The notes beneath the pieces are model-generated. The model was not told where the DNA came from, did no database searches, and saw only the letters and a program-made list of their open reading frames with translations. From Eledone cirrhosa (lineage: Eukaryota), in contig OZ024761.1 of assembly GCA_964016885.1 (NCBI GenBank), positions 18,104,001 through 18,168,000 of the forward strand: a stretch of 64,000 nucleotides of DNA, in the 5' to 3' direction. The position numbers and the translations under genes are program-made. Of the stretch, positions 13,781 to 64,000 are shown piece by piece. Numbering within the stretch: position 1 is the first letter of the stretch; every line of letters begins with the position of its first letter.

Positions 13781-14160
13781 CTGGAATATAATAGTTGAAA
13801 CGTGAGTTAGACCAGAGTTATTCCTCTTGATCAGCACCAGGCCGCTTATGTCATTATTCGCTATTAGCCCACCCCTCCGAACACATTCACAAACATTAGC
13901 TGCTTTAAATTATGGTTTATAAAATTCCATTTCAACTTATCTCTTCCGACCATTTCATCATTTAATATTCATGGCTATTCAAATAATAATAAAAAAAAAT
14001 AATAAAATTTAATCAAAATATATATAATTCTTGAAATAGTTTCGCTTAGTTTGTTATAAATTTGAATTTATTTTTAATGACAAACGGAAACTGACGGAAG
14101 ACGTTTGTATGTATGTGTGTATATACATATAAATATGTGTGTGTGTGTGTATATATATAA

Positions 14161-14195
<35 letters not shown>

Positions 14196-14206
14196 AGTAC
14201 CCGTAC
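13781..14206 (-). other. RNF121: Putative 5'-UTR intron of RNF121
   Basis: The minus strand reads CTAAC (branch-like, 13810-13806)...tattatattccAG|T ATG, so an acceptor lies 1 nt before the start codon. Best upstream donor is GAG|GTACGG at 14206. There is no ATG on the minus strand in 14207-14400. Confidence 0.6.
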
Positions 14207-14411
14207 CTCCTGACAGAATCGTATGGGTGCAGTAGTGATATACGGCGTCTGTTGGGTATTTATTTTAAACTTGGCGATTTCTTTTAGAGAGAGAGATGCT
14301 AAATCAGATTTGACCTCGTGACCTGTTGCAAGCGAGCGAAAATAAAAGGGAGACAACTACTGTGAATGAGTTCTAATAAAGGAGATAAAAAAGGTGTTTA
14401 AAGAATCAAAA
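14207..14411. promoter_or_regulatory. Putative compact bidirectional promoter / 5' leaders shared by RNF121 and PPIL2
   Basis: Divergent genes with only about 200 bp between the putative RNF121 first-exon donor and the PPIL2 ATG. Contains several CpGs and TGACCTCGTGACCT at 14311-14324. Confidence 0.55.
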
Positions 14412-55718
<41,307 letters not shown>

Positions 55719-56717
55719 CAAACATTGGCGACTCACAACCCCTACTTTCTCTCCACATCCATACTTGTTCTCTATTTTTTGTTTGTCACATCGTTACTGG
55801 ACCCCTTTCCTGCACTTCCCATGTCTTACACTCCACCCACGTCCTTACACCCTACACTTCACTCATGTCCTTATTATCCCCCTGCCCCAGCCTCTAGTCC
55901 ACACTGTAAAGTGGTCGCGTTGGTGAAACAACAAAAAGCCTCCAGTCCTCACTCTAAAGTGGTCGTGTAGGTAACACGAGAAAAAGCACCCAATTCAACA
56001 TAAAAAGTGGTCATGTAGGTATGTCATAACAAAAATCACCCAGTTGACATTGTAAAGTGGTCATGTTGGTGACAACAAAAAGGGCCCAATTCATACTGTA
56101 AATGTGGTTATCATTAAGAAGGGCATCCGGCCCTAGAAACCAAGCCAGAAACGGTTCTGTATGAACAAGACACAGTCACCTGACCTGACTTGACTTGTCT
56201 GAAATGGACAACTCGTTTAAGCCATGCTACTGTGGAAAAATGGACGTTAAACGGTGATGATGACATACATACATAATTATATAACCATTGTTATCATCAT
56301 TTTATATAATATCTGCTGTTCCTACTACTAAGGATTTGACAGGTCCTCCCAATTCTTTCTATGGCTTAACCCTTTATCATTTACATTACTCTATATTTCT
56401 ATTATATTTTCACGGTAAAGGCTTTACCTCACATAATATTGAATCTATGAGATTTTGATATTATTTATTTTGAGAACAATACCGTGACATCAGTATGAGC
56501 GGCCGTTTACAGTTTGCTTGAACAGAAAGAGGTGAGAGAATTCTAGCCAGATACGGTCAGTTTAAATACTAAAGGGTTAATGCCATTCCTATCACCAATC
56601 CTTTTACAGCAAAGACAGGGTGCGTTCATCATGTAGATCACCAACACGAGAAGGGTTGCTGCACCATGACACAATTGAAGAGGGTCTCTCAACTCTTTTT
56701 CTTCTTTTGTCACTACA

Positions 56718-56790
56718 GGTATCATAGTGATATAGATTCTCTCCTGTATGAGTACGTTTGTGGTTTGTTAAGTTACTACATATAGAAAAT
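56718..56790 (-). pseudogene. Isolated C2H2 zinc-finger half-repeat plus linker remnant
   Basis: FSICSNLTNHKRTHTGENLYHYD matches F-x5-L-x2-H-x3-H-TGEKPY-x-C with decay. Confidence 0.6.
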
Positions 56791-56851
56791 GAACATGCAC
56801 ACACACACACATATATATATATAAATAAGCAGATGTAAAATGATATATATG

Positions 56852-58103
56852 CAGGGTATAACAGGTAAATTGGAACTATTTAAATATCTTTATTATAATT
56901 GGTATAATTCCGAAAAACCAAACACTGCAGATATTTATGCCAATTTATTGTGGAGTGTTTACCACTTATCTCAGTTCAATATGACTGCCATTTGCTTTCT
57001 TTACCAGTTCAATCTGTTTATGAAATGATACACATGCCTTAATTTCTTCCTTTTTCATATTACTGAATGTTCGTTTAATTGAAGCCTTCGGTGGTGAGAA
57101 GTTGCGTTGGATATTGCTTCAATTGCGCCTTGTAGCCAAAAATTGCACGGATTCAAATCTGGCAAGCCAGGGGGCCAGATATCTTTAGGGCAAACATGGA
57201 CAATTCCTTCTTCAAAAATTCTTGTCTTCTTTTTGAAGAACGGACAGTCGCAAAGTCTTGTACAAACACGACCCGACTTGCATCATAATGCTTCCTAATC
57301 CAAAGCAACAAAACTTTTTCTAAGGTTTTGAGATGTTCTGCTGTGTTGACTTTAAGACTCGCTTCAATAAAATGAGGAGGCATCAATTTCCTATCACTTG
57401 CAACAGCTCCAAAGACCATAATGGAAGCCGAATTCTTGCTATGCATAACTGAAGGTACTTGGGAAGGGTCATATGCTTATCACTCCTGAGTTTTCACGGT
57501 TTGCAACTTCATCTACCACAAACTTCTTTTCATCCATGAAGATGCAGATGTCTCAGCCATGATGACTCAGATGACTAAGGAGTTTGGGACTTCTTCCAGC
57601 TCGAATAGCTTTGGAGCAGGTAGTTAGGATGTTATAGTGTCTCCTCATGTACGATTTCATAAGGAGGTCTTGTCTCACAGCCCTAGAAATAGTAATTTTA
57701 CTCATTGCTCGATCTTGAGCCAACTTTGCCATCGATTTTGATGGGTTCAACTCAAACAATCTTATAAGGCCTACTAAGAAGCGAGGTGTGCGTTTTCGAT
57801 CACTGCGAGGACTGTGAGGCTTTCTCTGAACATCCTACGTTTTTTACAAATTGGCTACAACTCTAAAAACAGTAGATTTGGCATACTTTGTGGCTCTAAC
57901 AATCTCCCCAGCACTTTTCTCGGCGCAGAATAATTTGGCAATTACACTTCTAACGGTTTAATTCTTTATTAAAATTTGTTCAATCTAAAATATAAAATTG
58001 TACAAGTGATTATTCAAGCTGGCAATATTTAAAATTTAAGACTCCAACAAAATTAATACAATTAGAAGTATACCCATTTGAAACTTATCCCAATTTACCT
58101 TGT
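56852..58103 (-). mobile_element. Decayed Tc1/mariner transposon (second family, probably DD37D-like)
   Basis: Partial TIR caggtaaattgg / ccaatttacct. Fragments include LAQDRAMSKITISRAVRQDL, IFMDEKKFVVD, MVFGAVASD..MPPHF, VFVQD and IWPP. Confidence 0.8.
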
Positions 58104-58779
58104 ATATATATATATATATATATATATGTGTATATATATATAGAGGCCTGATGGCAAGAGCTCAGCAGTTGGGCCCTGACTCTCTAATATATTTACACTT
58201 TATCGGGTATCCCAAGTATCGGGTATTCTGCTGAATAATAGTCTTACTAGTTTAAAACTGGTATAATCCTATTTTACATTAATGACAATGTTGATAGAGA
58301 TCTTCTGGAGCTCTCCTTCTCTTTCCCTTCCCCTTTTCCCCTCCTCTCTCTTTCCCTTCCCCTTTTTCCATTCTCTCTCTCATTCCCCCCACCTCTTGTG
58401 TAAATAAAATTTCTATGTTTTTCTTTCATGTTTTTATTTTGTCTTTAACATTTCAACATCTGTATGTCTAATTAAATCCACTCTACGAAGTCAATTAAGA
58501 ATTTTCGAGAGATTTACTAAAATTATTCATTATTTCATTACTAAGATGATTTCTAATTTAGGCACAGAGCAGGGCCAGCAATTTGTGTGTGGGGGAGAGT
58601 CTCTTATATCTACCCCAGTATTTGACAGGTACTTCATTTTATTGACTCTGAAAGAATAAAAGGTAAAGTTGACCTTGGTGGGATTAGAAATCATAACATA
58701 AAGAGCTGGAAAAACTACTGCAAACCATTTGTCAGACACTTTAACAACTCTGCCAACCCACCACTCTTATAAATCTGTG

Positions 58780-59095
58780 ACATTCAATGTGTTAAACTTT
58801 TGTATGCTGATGATGCAGACTTTGTTGTAAGTTCAGAATCAGACATGCAGTGCTCGATGAATCCATTTTCTGAAGCATGTGTTCTTTTATGGGTCACTGG
58901 AAACTTAACTAAGACTAGGGTGAAGTACACTCCAGCACCAAGAGAAACTTATGTTGTGCCAAATCTTTTATGGTAAGCTTGTGTAAGGAGAAAGATACCA
59001 CGGCAAAGGCCTAAGAAAAGGTACAAAGATTGTATTAAAGGAAATGTAAAATGTCTGGGTTTCGATATTGATTGTAATACATGGAGAAAAACAAT
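58780..59095 (+). mobile_element. Decayed RTE/BovB-like RT fragments
   Basis: KLLYADDADFV...SESDMQ (YADD motif) joined to a C-terminal remnant LYGKL..G.R...YKDCIK. Confidence 0.65.
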
Positions 59096-59494
59096 TTCTA
59101 ATTTCTCATTATACACACATGCATTACACACACATGCACGCGCCCACACACATATCATCATCATCATCATCACCGTTTTACGTCCGTTCTTCCATGCTAG
59201 CATGGGTTAGACGGGTTGTCCTGTTGTGGGCAGTGTCTGGTTGGCTGACCATGCCTTGCTCATACAGGAACTGATTTTGGCTTGATTTCTACAGCTGGCT
59301 GTCCTTCCTAACACCAACCTCATTTACAGTGAGTGCTGGGTGCTTTTTCCGTGGCGCCTACACATCCACTTTACAGTGTGGGATATATATATACGTTTAT
59401 ATATGTATACATTTATGTATATATATATTTACAGATATGTATCAATATATCGATACCTGTGTTTATATATATGTATATACACACACATATATAT

Positions 59495-59949
59495 ATATGT
59501 ATGTATGCATATATATATGTATGTATGTATGCATATATATATGTATGTATGTATGCATATATATATGTATGTATGCATATATATATGTATGTATGTATGC
59601 ATATATATATATATGTATGTATGTATGTATGCATATATATATATATGTATGTATGTATGTATGCATATATGTATGTATGTATGCATATATGTATGTATGT
59701 ATGCATATATGTATGTATGTATGCATATATGTATGTATGTATGCATATATATGTATGTATGTATGCATATATATATGTATGTATGCATATATATATATGT
59801 ATGTATGCATGTATGTATGTATGTATGTATGCATATATGTATGTATGCATATCTGTATGTCTGTATATATGCATGCATATCTGTATGTCTGTATATATGC
59901 ATGCATGTATGCATATATGTATGTATGTATGCATGCATATATGTATGCA

Positions 59950-59980
<31 letters not shown>
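59495..59980. repeat. (TATG/TGCA/TA) compound microsatellite; similar block at 61075-61525
   Basis: Directly visible; the two blocks flank the R4-like fragment. Confidence 0.95.
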
Positions 59981-59999
59981 TTTCTCTTTCTCTTAATTT

Positions 60000-61075
60000 C
60001 GAGTATATTTTTTTGACCGGCCACCTTCCTGGTGGCAAGGTTGTAAAAGAAAAGAAATTGTCATCCCTTGAATCGCAAGAATGTTTTGCAAATTTTGAAG
60101 GTGCCAGCTATCGCAGCCATTTGCAGACTATGAATTAGGGAGCTGCGCTTTTTGTCCGCAAATCCAAGTTCAGTCATACTTTGGTCCAACCGGGTTGGTA
60201 TATAACCCGTAGCACCAATAATGATGGGTATGAAGCTAAAAGTGTATCTTGGATACTGGATTTGTAAACTCCTCATCAATGGTCCGTAGATGTCCTCCTT
60301 CTCCTGTATTTTTTTGACAACGTTTACATCATGTGGGCAGCTGATCTCCACAACAGAACACGTTTTCAATGTGTGGTCCTAAACTACAATATCAGGCCGG
60401 TTGTTCTTTAATTTGGTGGCAGTTTTTATTTTCAGGTTCCACCAGTATTCTTTAGTGCCATCTGTCTCAATATATTCTTCCTCGTTTGTTGTTAATTTTG
60501 TTTTCCGAAGTGCATTCCAGATGGTTCTAGCTATCCCATCGTGTCTCGTGGGGAGGTAGTAGCGAGATGACATTCTTTCGCAGCTGGCAACAATGTGGCT
60601 TACATCCTCGATCTTTGTTTTACATAGCCTACATTTATTGTCAGCTGCTAGCCCTCCTCTTTTGTGCAGCAGATATTTGGTAGGGAGTTCTTGTTCCTGT
60701 ATTGTATAGAGATATCCCTCAAGGTGTGATGTCATAAACTTGTCGGAACTCCATGCCAGGCTTTTTGAGTGGTTTATCCCCTCTATGGTCTGTGTTTTAC
60801 GCCTCAAGTATCCATGCACAACTTTTTCTGTAAATTGGTCAATTTTTTTATCTTGTTTGAACATTGAATAGGATCTTCCGATTTCTCTGGGTGAGAGATT
60901 TATATCAGGCTTTATTCCATATCTCTCCTCCAGATCAGTCGCTATTCTAATGATATTTTTTTTTCATGCTCATAAACCTGGGCAAGATGGTTGCCAACCT
61001 TTTTCCTCTGTTGAAGGTGTTGCTTCAGTGTTACTATCTGGGTCTCGTATGTTAATATTGATTTTAGACCCCTGT
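60000..61075 (-). mobile_element. R4/Dong-clade (restriction-like endonuclease) non-LTR retrotransposon 3' fragment
   Basis: CCHC knuckle CRLCKTKIEDVSHIVASC, RHD, RPDIVV, VVEISCP and IPIIIGATG. ORFs 60864-60379 and 60369-60061 are in one frame, separated by a single TAG (probably from TGG). Confidence 0.88.
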
Positions 61076-61482
61076 ATGCATGTATGCATATATATATGTA
61101 TGTATGCATATATATATGTATGTATGCATATATATATGTATGTATGCATATATATATGTATGTATGCATATATATATGTATGTATGCATATATATATGTA
61201 TGTATGCATATATATATGTATATGCATATATATATATATGTATATGCATATATATATATATGTATATGCATATATATATATATGTATATGCATATATATA
61301 TATATGTATATGCATATATATATATATATGTATATGCATATATATATATATGTATATGCATATATATATATATATGTATATGCATATATATATATATATG
61401 TATATGCATATATATATATATATATGTATATGCATATATATATATATATATGTATATGCATATATATATATATATATGTATA

Positions 61483-61524
<42 letters not shown>

Positions 61525-61528
61525 CATA

Positions 61529-61845
61529 ATCTCAGTGAACAGGGTGAATGCAAGAATCATTAAACTCAGATTAGTCCTGAATAAAACAATTACCACAATA
61601 GTATCAGCTTACGCACCCCAATTGGGGTTGCCAAACGAACTTAAGGATAGGTTTTACGAGTCCCTAATGCACACTACTGCTCTAACAAACGACAATGACT
61701 TCCTAATCATTGCACGAGATTTTAACGGACATGTAGGTAAACACTGACGGCTTCAATAGAGTCCATGGGGTTGGCACAAGAAATGAAGAAGGATTCAGGC
61801 TTCTAGAATTCTGAGACGCCAATGACATGTCGATATGTAACAGGA
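61529..61845 (+). mobile_element. RTE LINE apurinic-endonuclease fragment
   Basis: [13 protein letters not shown]...[10 protein letters not shown]...FY...(G)DFNGHVG...GVGTRNEEG.RLLEF. Confidence 0.85.
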
Positions 61846-62507
61846 TGATGATGATGTATGCATATATATATATATATATACATATGTACACACACATACA
61901 TATATATTACATTTTATTTTCTGTGGTTTCCCACCTACATGACTCGTTTGTCTACACACACACACATATGTATATATTATAAGAGGCAAGACGAGTCGCG
62001 GCTAATTGCATCTAGTACCCGAGTAAGAGATTTGGCTGCTGTGTCTAGCAGGTTTAGAGCCTACTATTTTCCAACATTTTTGTTTTACACCCTTCCCTGT
62101 GAACTCGATTTCAAATTACCGGGCAGTTGCTTGAACAGGGGGTAAACTGAAATATTTACACCGGCAACTTAATTAGTGTTACACTGCTTTTGCTCATGCA
62201 TTAACTATTTGGCATTCCTAAATAAAAGGTACTGTTTTCTATGCCGTTTGAAATAGAGTATGTGTACATACACGCATTTCTAAACAGTTTGACATTTATT
62301 CATATGAGGTAATGAATTTATTTAGACTCCGTCTGTTTTAGAATATATATACTCACAACACATACATAAATTAATGGTTTTCTCTGTGATATGCTATTAA
62401 CGTTTTTTACGAAAAAGCTTATTGTATGTGTAGTTGTACATGCATTGAATTTAATATAACACGCCATTTGGGGCACAAATATTAATTATATTTTATATAC
62501 ACATACG

Positions 62508-62545
<38 letters not shown>

Positions 62546-64000
62546 AGACACATTTGTGCGTATCTTTGTGTAGCTACAGTTACAGGTGATCCCCCCCCCC
62601 CCACCCCAAGTACTTTATACTGTAACAAGGATGGTCTGAGTTATATTTTATTCCAGAATTAAATACATTGTGAAAGAAAGTAAGAGGGAAGACACTGTTG
62701 CAGCATTCATATAAACTTTATTGGCATATTAGAATTGTTTCAATATCGATAGCTTGGGGTGTGTGTATTTTCGCATGAAATCAAGTTACTCGGTAGTACA
62801 ATCAAGCAGAGAGACTATAAAAACGCTACACCGGTGGCATATGTAGTTTTACACCGGTACAACGTACATGATAGAGGTAAAGTTTTATTTGTCTTCTGTG
62901 TTAGAGTATAACTAGTTTGACTTATTAAATTTATAGTATATGTTTGTTATATATATTTTTAACTATGCAATGATAGCATCTCAGTCACTAATTTCATCTC
63001 TTTGGAGGTAACTGCTCTGATGTCATCTCTTCCACTAAGACACTCTCCATAGCCTTGCCTCTCCTCGTAACATCACCCAAAGTTGTATCAATCTCCACAA
63101 AGCCAACACTTCTCATTATGTCTAAGAAAGCCACCTCAAGCAAGTGTTTCGACGTGTGTGTGTGTAGAATAAACGCATGGTTTGACGGAACAAGAAAATA
63201 AAAAATATTCCTTCAAATATATATATTGTATTATATTAAGGAGTTTCTGGAAATTAAAAAACAATGAAAGTGACCCCTAAATTTAACGTCACTTTGATAT
63301 TAACAGACATTCTTCATCTTCATAGTAAGTTAAATCAAGGGTTTACTACTTAGTGTATTTATGTGTCTTTGTCTCATCTCCAAATAAAGTTTTAAATGGT
63401 ATTTACATATATATTTATACACACATACATACAAATATATATATTTCTATGAGTCACGGTTTATTACACATTGGAGACAGAGTGAGAGATTTAGCTTTCA
63501 TTTTTAGCAGATTTAGAAACTTTGCAAACGCTTTATTTTTTTCTTATTGCCGGTACTCTGAACACGATTTGAAATGACTGGAGTGAGTTTATAAAAGGGT
63601 AAACTGAAATAGTTGCACCGGTAATATATTTAGTGTTCTCTTTCGCATTCGTCTGCAAGCGGTAACGTTTTCTATGCCGTCTCTGTTAGTGTAGAACTGT
63701 AGGTTGACTTGCTTGGGTTTTACAAATGTTTGTCAACATGCATATTATTATTATTATATACTTTCAAACACACTTACATATATTATATTTATAAACATAT
63801 AGGATTTTACTAAGTTTTTATTCTTTCTAATGTGAAGAGATAGAAATAATAAGTTAAAGCTAAAGTATAATGATATAACAACAGTATATAATAGTTTTCT
63901 CCACTTTATTGAGATGCAAACGTTTTAAAGAAAAAACATGACAGTATAAGAAATATTTAATATCATAACATATAATATTTCAGGTAGGATGGTCGTTTCT

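Overview
AT-rich, microsatellite-saturated animal genomic DNA, most likely an octopus or other coleoid cephalopod; this is inferred from the SINE, RTE and MITE repertoire and the (TA)/(TATG) load. Two real protein-coding genes lie head to head, with 632 bp between their ATGs. One is an intronless-CDS RNF121 (membrane RING-H2 E3 ligase; minus strand, 12505-13779). The other is a 20-exon PPIL2 (U-box plus cyclophilin; plus strand, 14412-55718). I assembled all PPIL2 exons by hand with GT-AG boundaries and consistent phases, giving 1569 nt and 522 aa. Almost all long ORFs in the supplied track are translations of simple repeats. The rest of the window is DD37D (maT-type) Tc1/mariner relics, mariner- and piggyBac-like MITEs, RTE and R4-clade LINE fragments, tRNA-derived SINEs, SINE-derived minisatellites and several fold-back palindromes. 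The most striking unannotated signal is a set of about a dozen type-I hammerhead ribozyme motifs with palindromic stem III, the Penelope-like/retrozyme architecture. They include U3-A8 core variants, a recurrent C-C mismatch at stem II position 4 in copies of different sequence, and two inverted ribozyme pairs inside PPIL2 introns. Ribozyme folds were done by eye and need computational and biochemical confirmation.
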